A stretch of 32,000 nucleotides of DNA, taken from positions 2,310,001-2,342,000 of the forward strand of contig NC_007969.1 of assembly GCF_000013905.1 (NCBI RefSeq). Direction: 5' to 3'. Position 1 is the first letter of the stretch, and each line of letters begins with the position of its first letter. This DNA is from Psychrobacter cryohalolentis K5 (GTDB taxonomy: Bacteria; Pseudomonadota; Gammaproteobacteria; Pseudomonadales; Moraxellaceae). Below, one piece after another: positions 12,253 to 21,108 of this stretch. The position numbers were made by a program, and so were the translations under genes. Under the pieces are notes generated by a model. The model did no database searches. It was not told the origin of the DNA and was given only the letters and a program-made list of their open reading frames with translations.

Positions 12253-13026
12253 ATGACCATAAACCAAGAAAATACATCCATACCTAAAACTACTTCTAAT
12301 TTGCAATCTGAGCCTTCAACTACAGTAGGGAGTCAATCTGTAATAGATTCTGAAAATAGCAGTAGTAATGATAGCGTTGATATCATTTCTATCACCCAAC
12401 TCAGCACGCCACTAAAGGTAGATTTATCGCCTATTTTTGATTTCTTGGGCGCACGAACCTCACAAGCTTGGGTCAACGCCGCTGTTAATAACTTACCACT
12501 GATTATTCAAGACCATGCCAATTGTGAAAAAAAGGCCGCCGGTACCGCGATGAATCTCATCTTTCGCTATGAGTTCTCTTATGATTTACAGCGTAAATTG
12601 GCACAATTGATACGTGAAGAAATGCTGCACTATGAGCAAGTGCTCGGCATTATGAATGAGCGCGGGCAAGCATGGAAATATCTAAGTGCTGGACGCTATG
12701 CCAAAGGGATGCTAAAACACAAGCGTACTTATGAACCCGCTGCAATGGTAGATGTGCTGATTATTGGTGCATTTATCGAGGCACGTTCTTGTGAGCGTTT
12801 TGCGGCACTTTCTGAGGTTATCAATGATGAGCGTTTGGCAAAATACTATCGTTATTTATTAAAATCAGAAAGCCGTCATTTTGAAGATTATTTGGCACTA
12901 GCGCAGTCATTGTCTGATGACAGTATCGATGAGCGTGTGGCATTCTTTAAAGAAGTAGAAGCAGAGCTGATATCAACTCCAGATACTGAGCTGCGCTTTC
13001 ATAGCGGCGACCCTATTGCTCTCTAA
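12253..13026 (+). CDS. miaE: tRNA-(ms2io6A37)-hydroxylase, with a polar N-terminal extension of about 55 aa
   Basis: Di-iron ferritin-like motifs: HANCEKKAAGTAM, REEMLHYEQV, IEARSCERFAAL, SESRHFEDYLALA. These are collinear with Salmonella MiaE as I recall it. The start is uncertain because the SD is weak, but there is no internal Met before the conserved core. Confidence 0.85.
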   Translation: MTINQENTSIPKTTSNLQSEPSTTVGSQSVIDSENSSSNDSVDIISITQLSTPLKVDLSPIFDFLGARTSQAWVNAAVNNLPLIIQDHANCEKKAAGTAMNLIFRYEFSYDLQRKLAQLIREEMLHYEQVLGIMNERGQAWKYLSAGRYAKGMLKHKRTYEPAAMVDVLIIGAFIEARSCERFAALSEVINDERLAKYYRYLLKSESRHFEDYLALAQSLSDDSIDERVAFFKEVEAELISTPDTELRFHSGDPIAL

Positions 13027-13081
13027 TTTATTAAATCTATAGTGAGTTCAATATAAAAGAGTTACGCTCAGAATAGCATTA

Positions 13082-13151
13082 TGCTGGGATAAATTTCTCT
13101 CGCTTGCTATGCGCTTCGCACTCCAGAGGCTTCGAAAAATTTATCCCAGCA
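13082..13151. repeat. 70-bp element with perfect 15-bp terminal inverted repeats (REP/MITE-like or structured 3' UTR)
   Basis: TGCTGGGATAAATTT (13082-13096) and AAATTTATCCCAGCA (13137-13151) flank a 40-nt G+C-richer core. It lies between the miaE stop and the terminator. Confidence 0.5.
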
Positions 13152-13197
13152 GTACGGTGTTCTTTTCAAATTGAATCGACTATGTTATCAATAAAAC

Positions 13198-13251
13198 AAA
13201 AAAAGGTGCTGCAAGCGACATATCATACGTCATTACTTGCAGCACCTTTTT
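13198..13251. terminator. Bidirectional terminator between convergent miaE and the 168-aa gene
   Basis: A-run, AAAGGTGCTGCAAG, 20-nt loop, CTTGCAGCACCTTT, T-run. Perfect 14-bp stem. Confidence 0.7.
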
Positions 13252-13277
13252 CAATTTATCTGAATTGTCTAAATGTT

Positions 13278-13784
13278 TTAAAAATCTTTTTCATCTGGAT
13301 TTAACACACGGGTTTGAGCGTTATCAATATTTGCATAGCGATTTAAATCGTTTATGCCTTCGCTTTTAGCCCCTTTATCAATAGTAGTATGTTCATTGAT
13401 ACCATCATCAAAAGCATTGCCCTCTTGATCACGGCGGTCTGGCTGACGGGCAGCATTATCGCCATCATTGACATGTTCTGAGCCTACCACACTTTCTTGG
13501 AACGTATCTGTTCCTTTATTGATAGTGGTATGATTTTCAATACTATCATCGGTAGACATCACGTTATGACTATTATGATGAATGTCTGCATGTCTATGGT
13601 CACCATGCTCGATATCATCGCTCGCATATCTAGTACCAATGACTGTTTCTTGAAATGTCTCGGTGCTTTTTTCCGTATTATCATGAGCGGCGCTGGTGTC
13701 GACCGTGCGCGCAGGCATATTATCGATATGACCATCATTACTGTTGAGAAGCGTTTTGGTTAATGCCGGATCTTTCGTTTCCAT
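13278..13784 (-). CDS. Hydrophilic His/Asp/Asn-rich protein with internal repeats; unknown function, probably intrinsically disordered
   Basis: 168 aa. AGGA SD 7 nt upstream of the ATG. No Cys or Trp, no hydrophobic segment. Repeats NTEKSTETFQETVIGT / HTTINKGTDTFQESVVGS / EHTTIDKGAK. His block EHGDHRHADIHHNSH. Confidence 0.7.
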   Translation of the reverse strand: METKDPALTKTLLNSNDGHIDNMPARTVDTSAAHDNTEKSTETFQETVIGTRYASDDIEHGDHRHADIHHNSHNVMSTDDSIENHTTINKGTDTFQESVVGSEHVNDGDNAARQPDRRDQEGNAFDDGINEHTTIDKGAKSEGINDLNRYANIDNAQTRVLNPDEKDF

Positions 13785-13889
13785 CGTAATATCCTTATTT
13801 TTAATTTATCTTTCTTGTTATTTCTTCATTACCAGACATCTGACAATGATCATTTATATGAGAGTTTAGATAGTCACGACGATGAAAAA

Positions 13890-14171
13890 CTATTCATTGC
13901 CTTTTTGCGATAAATCATAGGCGTTTAGATCGCCAACATTTTTTCCACCTGGAGGCAGATTTTCTTCTTTGCGTGGGTCAGCGTATATCTCATCCGTCTC
14001 CTGCGACTCCTGCTGAGGTCCATCAATTTCGGGTTCGTGCTTACGACCTTCATAACTGTCCGATGGATTATCTGGATGCAGCTTCGCTGGGTCGTTGACG
14101 GATACGGGCTTTTCATTATTTGGGTGCATGTTGTTAGTTTGAATATTGTCTGACTGACTATCATGTGACAT
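13890..14171 (-). CDS. Small hydrophilic acidic protein; unknown function; paralogue-like to its neighbours
   Basis: 93 aa. GAGGGA SD 6 nt upstream of the ATG. Composition D/E/N/P/S/Q-rich, no Cys or Trp. Starts MSH like the next gene. C-terminal NVGDLNAYDL resembles GINDLNRYAN of the 168-aa protein. Confidence 0.65.
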   Translation of the reverse strand: MSHDSQSDNIQTNNMHPNNEKPVSVNDPAKLHPDNPSDSYEGRKHEPEIDGPQQESQETDEIYADPRKEENLPPGGKNVGDLNAYDLSQKGNE

Positions 14172-14219
14172 GGCATTTCCCTCGCTTTAGTAGTATGGAG
14201 TTCAATAATTTTTTGCTAA

Positions 14220-14405
14220 CTATTTGTCTGTACGCAAATCATCGTTGATAAAAGAAGTTTGCTCTTCTTCTGTTAATAATTCTGGTGCATCAACTGGCTT
14301 GCCATTTTCTAAATTTCTCTCAATCTGCTGGCTGTCTGCTTGCTCAGCGGCTTTTTTGATATCTGAGCTATTATTATCTGAGCTATTATTGTTGGGGTGA
14401 CTCAT
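14220..14405 (-). CDS. Small hydrophilic acidic protein; unknown function
   Basis: 61 aa. AGGA SD 7 nt upstream of the ATG. MSHPNNNSSDNNSSD low-complexity start. NGKPVDAPELL resembles NEKPVSVNDPAKL in the 93-aa protein. Confidence 0.6.
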   Translation of the reverse strand: MSHPNNNSSDNNSSDIKKAAEQADSQQIERNLENGKPVDAPELLTEEEQTSFINDDLRTDK

Positions 14406-14588
14406 GGTGAAATCCTGTTTTCTTAGTGAGATACGTTATAAGAGTAAATGTTTATATCTATATAATTATTTATATCTACCTAATTATAAGAATAAATTTG
14501 ATACGCTCACCAGTGTACTGCCGTATAAATATGTGAATAAGTGTGAGCTTACCAGACAGTTTGTAACCAGAAAGTAGGGTTGGTAGGC

Positions 14589-14625
14589 AAAAAAAAACCA
14601 AGCACAGAGTAATCCCTATGCTTGG
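14589..14625 (-). terminator. Rho-independent terminator downstream of ppk
   Basis: Minus-strand read: CCAAGCA, 14-nt loop, TGCTTGG, followed by 9 T. About 85 nt after the ppk stop. Confidence 0.7.
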
Positions 14626-14709
14626 CTGTTATATTGTTGAAAAGAGTGGATAACATTAAAAATACTAAATGAGATTAATCAACTTAATAACCGCTAATAA
14701 ACAAGACAG

Positions 14710-16998
14710 TTATACTGGCTCGCCAACACGATTAATCACCTTTAATAAATGCTCTTGAGCAATGTGAGGCGCTTCATCCGCCGCTGGCTTGGTTCGTTGC
14801 CAGTTACCGTCACCGCTAAGTGTCCACGCTTGCTTATTGTCTTGGAGGTAACTCAACAGTCCATCTTGATAAATTTGCTTAGACAATTTTTTATCTTCAA
14901 TCGGAAACGCTACCTCTACACGGTGGAACAAATTACGATCCATCCAATCGGCGCTGCCACAGTACAAGCGCTCATCACCATCATTATAGAAGTAATAAAT
15001 GCGAGTATGCTCCAAAAAACGACCGATAACAGAACGTACGGTGATATTCTCAGACAGACCCTTCACTTGCGGAAGCAGACAGCATATGGAGCGCAAAATC
15101 AGTTCAATTTTGACCCCTGCTTGTGACGCATCATATAGTTTATCAATCAAACGACGTTCGGTTAAGGCGTTTACTTTAACAATAATATGAGCGCGCTTGC
15201 CCGCCTTGGCATGAGTAATCTCATCATCGATAAAGCTCATCAATTTATCATGCAAGGTAAATGGTGCATGCAATAGTTTTTTAAGATTAGCAGGTTTACC
15301 CATGCCGGTCAGCTCTTGGAATATCTTGTGGACGTCTTCTGAGATATCAGGATCCGCGCTGAATAATCCATAATCGGTATAGACTTTAGCATTTGCTGCG
15401 TGATAATTACCCGTGCCTAAATGCACATAACGGCGCATTTTCCCCTCTTCGCGGCGCACGATGAGCATGAGTTTAGCGTGGGTTTTGTAGCCAACAATAC
15501 CGTAGACCACTACCGCCCCTGCCTCTTGCAGATAGTTGGCAACAGCAATATTAGACGCTTCATCAAAACGGGCGCGTAACTCAATGACTGCTGTCACTTC
15601 TTTACCATTACGTGCTGCTGCGGCTAGCGCTTTGACAATTTCTGAATTGGTACCTGAACGATAAAGCGTTTGCTTAATCGCTAATACTTTTGGATCACTG
15701 GCAGCTTGCCAAAGTAAATTAATAATCGGCGAAAACGCATGGAACGGATGATGCGCCAATACATCGCCTTTACGCATGGCAGCAAACATACTGGTTGCTT
15801 TATCAAGCTTGTCGACTTCGCGGCGAAACGGTTTTGGTATCACATGCGTAAAGGGCTGATAACGCAAGGATGGGATATTAAAATCAAACAGCAAACGCGT
15901 TAAGTTGACAGGTCCATTGACGCGGTATAATTGATTGTCATGCAACTCAAACTCATTAAGCAAATAATCACTAATTGGCGTTGGGCATTCAGTAGTGACT
16001 TCAAGGCGCACTTTATCACCAAAGCGGCGGTTTTCAAGCTCACCTTCTAAGGCTTTGGCAATGTCATCAACATCATCTGCCAAGTCCAAATCCGCATTAC
16101 GCGTCAGTCTAAATTGATGACAGCCCGTGACATTCATACCAGGGAATAGCTCACCAATATGCTCATGGATAATCGCTGATAACATCACATGGTGCTCTTT
16201 GCCACCAGTCAATTCATCAGGCAGACGAATCACGCGCGGCAAGCTACGCGGCGCGGGTACGATTGCCAAATTAATATCGCGACCAAAGGCGTCTTTGCCC
16301 TCTAACGTCGCAATAAAGTTCAAGCTTTTATTCACCAAGCGCGGGAATGGATGCGCAGGATCAATGCTAATAGGTGTCAATACCGGCGATACTTGCTCAG
16401 TAAAATAGCGCTTCATCCATGCGGATTGCTCGGCATTCAACTCATCACGCTTTAAATAACGAATATCCTCAAGCGCCAGTGCTGGCAAGATATCTTCATT
16501 TAAAATACGGTATTGCTCAGCGATGGCATCATGAGTCACCGCTGATATTTCATTAAGAATTTCACTAGGACGCATACCATGTACACTGGTCGACACATCT
16601 CCCAGATTGAGCTTTTGCATGATACCAGCAACGCGAATCTCAAAAAACTCATCGATATTGGATGAAAAAATCATTAAAAAGAATAAACGCTCAAGCAAAG
16701 GATGGTGGGGATCTGCCGCTTGTGCTAAGACCCGCAGATGAAACTGCAATAAAGACAAGTCACGATTGATATAGCTGCTGGGTGAATAATTGCCATCTTC
16801 CGAGCGTTGCCAATCAATCTCGGTTAAAACTTGGTTGCCATACGGATTAATAAGGCTTTCATCGGTAGGAGGATTGCTGGTATTAATGGCACCGTCTACT
16901 TTAACTGTGTCACTCTCTCTATTGACATCATTATTCGCATCAATATATGTCTCAATAACATCAGCGGTCTTATCACTATTACTGTGCTTATTATCCAT
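14710..16998 (-). CDS. ppk: Polyphosphate kinase 1, with a polar N-terminal extension of about 70 aa
   Basis: The conserved PPK1 core starts at [19 protein letters not shown]. Contains [15 protein letters not shown] (catalytic His region) and [11 protein letters not shown]. The ORF track starts at GTG 17007. I prefer the ATG at 16996-16998 (MDNKHSN...) because a GGAG lies 10 nt upstream of it. Confidence 0.93.
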   Translation of the reverse strand: MDNKHSNSDKTADVIETYIDANNDVNRESDTVKVDGAINTSNPPTDESLINPYGNQVLTEIDWQRSEDGNYSPSSYINRDLSLLQFHLRVLAQAADPHHPLLERLFFLMIFSSNIDEFFEIRVAGIMQKLNLGDVSTSVHGMRPSEILNEISAVTHDAIAEQYRILNEDILPALALEDIRYLKRDELNAEQSAWMKRYFTEQVSPVLTPISIDPAHPFPRLVNKSLNFIATLEGKDAFGRDINLAIVPAPRSLPRVIRLPDELTGGKEHHVMLSAIIHEHIGELFPGMNVTGCHQFRLTRNADLDLADDVDDIAKALEGELENRRFGDKVRLEVTTECPTPISDYLLNEFELHDNQLYRVNGPVNLTRLLFDFNIPSLRYQPFTHVIPKPFRREVDKLDKATSMFAAMRKGDVLAHHPFHAFSPIINLLWQAASDPKVLAIKQTLYRSGTNSEIVKALAAAARNGKEVTAVIELRARFDEASNIAVANYLQEAGAVVVYGIVGYKTHAKLMLIVRREEGKMRRYVHLGTGNYHAANAKVYTDYGLFSADPDISEDVHKIFQELTGMGKPANLKKLLHAPFTLHDKLMSFIDDEITHAKAGKRAHIIVKVNALTERRLIDKLYDASQAGVKIELILRSICCLLPQVKGLSENITVRSVIGRFLEHTRIYYFYNDGDERLYCGSADWMDRNLFHRVEVAFPIEDKKLSKQIYQDGLLSYLQDNKQAWTLSGDGNWQRTKPAADEAPHIAQEHLLKVINRVGEPV

Positions 16999-17127
16999 CT
17001 CTACCACGCTCCACTCCTATGACTGTTATCAAACTGCTATCATTTTTATATCAATCTTATCCTATCAGCATTTTTATACTATACTTTTTAAGTATTATTC
17101 TATTGTTACCGTTAATTCTAGCTACAT

Positions 17128-17814
17128 TTAAGCAGACTGTGGCAATACAGCATTTTTCATACGCTTTTTAATGATACGTTGTTTATTACGCAGGCGTTTA
17201 TCGCTTTGATGACTTTCATAGTATTTTGGATTGGTTAGCATGGCAATCAATAAGGCTGACTGATCACGATTGAGATTAGCCGCTGATTTATCAAAATAAT
17301 ACTGCGCTGCCGCTTCAACACCATAAATACCATTGCCAAACTCTGCTACATTCAAATACGCGGTCAAAATCCGCTGCTTATCCCACAATGTCTCAATCAT
17401 TATGGTGAGAACAGCCTCTTCAGCTTTACGGGTATAAGAGCGATGCGAAGTCAAAAACAGATTTTTAGCCAATTGCTGAGTGATGGTTGAGCCGCCTGCC
17501 GACATCTTGCCAGTCGCTTCATTCTTTTTCTGTGCCGCCTTAATGCCTTTCATATCAAAGCCGTTATGCTGGCTAAACGTCGAATCCTCACTGACAATCG
17601 CCGCTTGCTTCGCAGATTTGGCAATCGCGTCATATTCAACCCAAGTTTGGCTAACATCACCGCCCATAATGCGATGGGTGAGCATAAACATGCTGTTATT
17701 AATCGGCTGCGTTTTCCAAATTAATAGCAGTCCTGCAACCAACACATGGAATGCGACGACCAACACCATCAATGCCAATAAGAGTCGTTTGATAAATTTG
17801 CCAAAACTTGTCAT
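17128..17814 (-). CDS. mtgA: Monofunctional biosynthetic peptidoglycan transglycosylase
   Basis: 228 aa. N-terminal membrane anchor. GT51 motifs SEDSTFSQHNGFD and GGSTITQQLAKNLF. Confidence 0.92.
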   Translation of the reverse strand: MTSFGKFIKRLLLALMVLVVAFHVLVAGLLLIWKTQPINNSMFMLTHRIMGGDVSQTWVEYDAIAKSAKQAAIVSEDSTFSQHNGFDMKGIKAAQKKNEATGKMSAGGSTITQQLAKNLFLTSHRSYTRKAEEAVLTIMIETLWDKQRILTAYLNVAEFGNGIYGVEAAAQYYFDKSAANLNRDQSALLIAMLTNPKYYESHQSDKRLRNKQRIIKKRMKNAVLPQSA

Positions 17815-18041
17815 GCGTGTTGTCCAAGTGATTGAAAAGATAGTTAGAGGAAGTAAGGAGCGCTTAGCCTAGCAATATAGGTCAGCAATTATAAATAGCA
17901 GCTCATCTTACCTAATCTCACAATCGCTGTCATTATTTACCCCACTTCTTTATCATGTCACATGAGTACACGTAAAAAATCAGCAAAAATGAACGTTGAA
18001 TTTGTAAGCTTTGCCTTTAGGATTAATATAAGAGAGTAGCT

Positions 18042-18350
18042 ATGTACGAGAATAATAATGTAAGCACATTGCGTGCTCATATGATTGAAGAAAAACCTGA
18101 GCTTGGCAGTTCTGAAAATTTTGCTAAATGGTGGTTGCTTGGTACTTCAGGCTGTCATTTATGTGATATTGCTGAACAGCTGATAACACAGCTACAAGTG
18201 GTGCAACGCGTTACTTACGAGCCTGTCGATATTGCCGATTTCTCTGAGCCGCTTATGATGGCCTTTGCGACGACTATTCCCGTCGTCTTGACACCGACAA
18301 AACGCTTAGATTATCCATTTTCAGTACTGGATTTACAGCGTTTATTGTAA
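18042..18350 (+). CDS. Glutaredoxin-like thioredoxin-fold protein (DUF836-like)
   Basis: 102 aa. WWLLGTSGCHLCDIAEQL places a CxxC at the position expected after beta-1 of a thioredoxin fold. The size fits the small glutaredoxin-2-like family. Confidence 0.7.
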   Translation: MYENNNVSTLRAHMIEEKPELGSSENFAKWWLLGTSGCHLCDIAEQLITQLQVVQRVTYEPVDIADFSEPLMMAFATTIPVVLTPTKRLDYPFSVLDLQRLL

Positions 18351-18452
18351 CCCTGCCAGCCCCTGCTCGCTTATTCAATACAGTCGCAAACAAGCTTAAT
18401 TCTTACTAATTCAAAACATTACATATCATTTTATTCAGTTTTAGCTAATATA

Positions 18453-18481
18453 TTGATAGCTAATCTTTCCCTTTTTATTAT
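18453..18481 (+). promoter_or_regulatory. Candidate sigma70 promoter for glcDEF
   Basis: TTGATA (18453-18458), 17-nt spacer, TATTAT (18476-18481). A second TATAAT lies at 18499-18504. Sequence resemblance only. Confidence 0.3.
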
Positions 18482-18548
18482 AAGCTTAAGGTCATCTGTA
18501 TAATAATGCAGTGAGTGTCGACAATTTAGTGAGCAAAGGAATGCCACC

Positions 18549-20027
18549 ATGAATCAGAGCCAAAGACCTGATAAAGCTGCTTTAGTAGAGCTATTTCGCG
18601 ATTTTATTGAGCCTCAGTACGTGATCAATGATGAGGAGACTCAAAAGCCTTTTGAGTGTGATGGCTTATCGGTATATTGCGATATGCCACTCATTACGGT
18701 GCTCCCAAAAACCGTTGAGCAAGTTTGTGAGGTCATGCGAATCTGTTATCGCTATCAAATCCCTGTGGTCGCACGCGGTGCCGGTACGGGTTTGTGTGCA
18801 GGTGCAATGCCCAACCCTGATGGCGTCTTATTGGTGTTGTCACGATTCAAACATATCCTTGATATTGATCCACTTGCCCGTAGCGCACGTTTGCAGCCAG
18901 GTGTCCGTAACCTTGCTATTAGTGAGGCAGCTAGACAATATGGCTTGTATTATGGCCCAGACCCCTCCTCACAGATTGCCTGCTCCATCGGTGGCAACGT
19001 CGCCGAAAACTCAGGCGGCGTCCATTGTCTCAAATATGGTCTGACCACTCACAATTTATTAAAAGTTGAGATGGTCACAGTCGAGGGGGATCTCATTACT
19101 ATTGGTAGTGAAGGTCTTGATAGCAACGGCTTTGATTTGATGGCTTTGATTACTGGCTCTGAGGGTCTACTTGGGGTGATTACTGAAGTGACGGTCAAGC
19201 TGCTACCTAGCCCTGAAAAGGCTCAGGTCATTATGGCCGCTTTTGATAATGTCCAGACTGCAGGGGATGCGGTCGGCGGCGTGATTGCCAAAGGTATTAT
19301 TCCAGCCGGACTTGAGATGATGGACAGCCCTGCCATCATAGCCGCCGAAGCATTTGCTCATGCAGGCTATCCAATTGACGCCCAAGCTTTGCTGCTGTGT
19401 GAGTTAGATGGTAGCGAGGCGGAAGTTCAAGAACAGATTGCAGAGGTTGAGCAGCTGTTTATCGAGCTTGGCGCAACCACAACACGTGTCTCACAAAGTG
19501 AGGCGGAGCGCGCCTTATTGTGGAAAGGTCGAAAATCTGCATTCCCCGCTGTCGGACGAATATCCCCTGACTACTACTGCATGGATGGCACCATTCCGCG
19601 TAGCCAACTTGCCCATGTCTTAACCGAAATGCAAAAACTCTCAGATGAATACGGTCTGCGCGTCGCCAACGTGTTTCATGCTGGGGACGGCAATTTGCAC
19701 CCGCTTATCTTATTTGATGCCAATGTCCCAGGAGAGCTTGAGCGCACTGAAGAGTTCGGTAGCCGGATTTTAGAGCTTTGCGTCAAGGTGGGCGGCTGCA
19801 TAACTGGTGAGCATGGGGTTGGGGTCGAAAAAATCCGCCAAATGACGATTCAGTTTAACGATCAAGAGCTGACACAATTTCATGCAATCAAGCACGCCTT
19901 TGACCCAATCGGTACGCTAAATCCAGGTAAGGGCATTCCAGTGCTCAAGCGCTGTCAAGAGTACCGTACCCTTGACAGAACGCAACACAACCATGACTCT
20001 CAACCACAGCAAGGAGATCTGGCATGA
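18549..20027 (+). CDS. glcD: Glycolate (or D-2-hydroxyacid) oxidase, FAD-linked subunit GlcD
   Basis: 492 aa. FAD-binding PCMH-type domain (VVARGAGTGLCAGA, GGNVAENSGG). C-terminal GEHGVG. AGGA SD. Confidence 0.92.
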   Translation: MNQSQRPDKAALVELFRDFIEPQYVINDEETQKPFECDGLSVYCDMPLITVLPKTVEQVCEVMRICYRYQIPVVARGAGTGLCAGAMPNPDGVLLVLSRFKHILDIDPLARSARLQPGVRNLAISEAARQYGLYYGPDPSSQIACSIGGNVAENSGGVHCLKYGLTTHNLLKVEMVTVEGDLITIGSEGLDSNGFDLMALITGSEGLLGVITEVTVKLLPSPEKAQVIMAAFDNVQTAGDAVGGVIAKGIIPAGLEMMDSPAIIAAEAFAHAGYPIDAQALLLCELDGSEAEVQEQIAEVEQLFIELGATTTRVSQSEAERALLWKGRKSAFPAVGRISPDYYCMDGTIPRSQLAHVLTEMQKLSDEYGLRVANVFHAGDGNLHPLILFDANVPGELERTEEFGSRILELCVKVGGCITGEHGVGVEKIRQMTIQFNDQELTQFHAIKHAFDPIGTLNPGKGIPVLKRCQEYRTLDRTQHNHDSQPQQGDLA

Positions 20028-21082
20028 CAGACATCAGTCAAGAGCTGATTGCGCGAGTAATGCAAGCCAGCCATGACGGCACAGCCCTACAAATCATGGG
20101 CGGGGGCAGTAAGCAGTTTATGGGACGTGAGCCAATAGGCGACCCCATCAGTCTTAGCGAGCACAAAGGTATTCTCAGTTATGAGCCGATCGAATTGGTG
20201 CTGACTGCTCGTGCTGGAACCTCAATTACTGAGATTAATAGCGCCTTAGCAGAACACAATCAGTGCTTAGCATTTGAACCACCGACATTTGACGGACAAG
20301 CAACCTTGGGCGGTACATTGGCTTGCCACTTATCAGGCCCAGCAAGACCTTGGAGCGGTTCAATAAGAGACCATGTCTTAGGCATTCGCCTGATTAATGG
20401 CCATGCAGACGAACTGCGCTTTGGCGGTCAGGTAATGAAAAACGTCGCCGGTTATGATGTCTCACGGATGCAAGCAGGCGCTATGGGCACGTTGGGTATC
20501 ATCACTGAAGTCAGTCTAAAAGTCATGCCTAAGCCTGCCGCCACTGTGACTATTAAGCAGGAAATGGACGCTGCAAAGGCTATTGAGACTATGAACCGTC
20601 TCTCAGGAAAATCCAAACCCTTGACAGGGGCTTGTTGGTTTGACAATCATTTGTATTTGCGCTTGGCCGGCGCGCGAAGTGCTGTAGACAGTACTGTCAA
20701 CCAGTGGCAAGGCGCAATATTAGAGGATACAAATACGTTTTGGTCAATGCTTCGTGAGCAGCAATTGGATTATTTTTTAAACGCGTCCTCATTGTGGCGG
20801 TTTTCTGTAAAAAGTAGCGCGGCGCATATGCTACCAGAGGAAGATTGGCTGATTGATTGGGGAGGATCACAGCGCTGGCTTCGTGGCGAATTTACCGCGG
20901 ACAAATTAGAAGCGCTCGCTGAGGCTGCAGGTGGTCAGGTCAGCCTTTATCGCGGTGGTGACAGGAGTCAGGAGGTCTTTCATACTCAGTCTGAGGCGCT
21001 CCAAAAGCTCCACCAACGCCTCAAACACGCCTTTGATCCGAATGGTGTTTTCAATCCCAATCGTTTATACAGCTGGATGTAA
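20024..21082 (+). CDS. glcE: Glycolate oxidase FAD-binding subunit GlcE
   Basis: 352 aa. The start overlaps the glcD stop (ATGA at 20024-20027), suggesting translational coupling. FAD-binding-domain pattern GGGSKQFMG...NVAGYD. Confidence 0.9.
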   Translation: MTDISQELIARVMQASHDGTALQIMGGGSKQFMGREPIGDPISLSEHKGILSYEPIELVLTARAGTSITEINSALAEHNQCLAFEPPTFDGQATLGGTLACHLSGPARPWSGSIRDHVLGIRLINGHADELRFGGQVMKNVAGYDVSRMQAGAMGTLGIITEVSLKVMPKPAATVTIKQEMDAAKAIETMNRLSGKSKPLTGACWFDNHLYLRLAGARSAVDSTVNQWQGAILEDTNTFWSMLREQQLDYFLNASSLWRFSVKSSAAHMLPEEDWLIDWGGSQRWLRGEFTADKLEALAEAAGGQVSLYRGGDRSQEVFHTQSEALQKLHQRLKHAFDPNGVFNPNRLYSWM

Positions 21083-21108
21083 ATTAGCTCGATGACAAGG
21101 AAGTCGTA

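Noticed and set aside
13104-13304. 66-aa plus-strand ORF downstream of miaE.
   Set aside because: It is made up of the inverted-repeat element and the bidirectional terminator, has a non-ATG start and has no SD.
13925-14176. Alternative 83-aa ORF overlapping the 93-aa hydrophilic gene in another frame.
   Set aside because: The 13890-14171 frame has a GAGGGA SD at proper spacing and a composition and termini matching its two neighbours. The alternative frame has neither.
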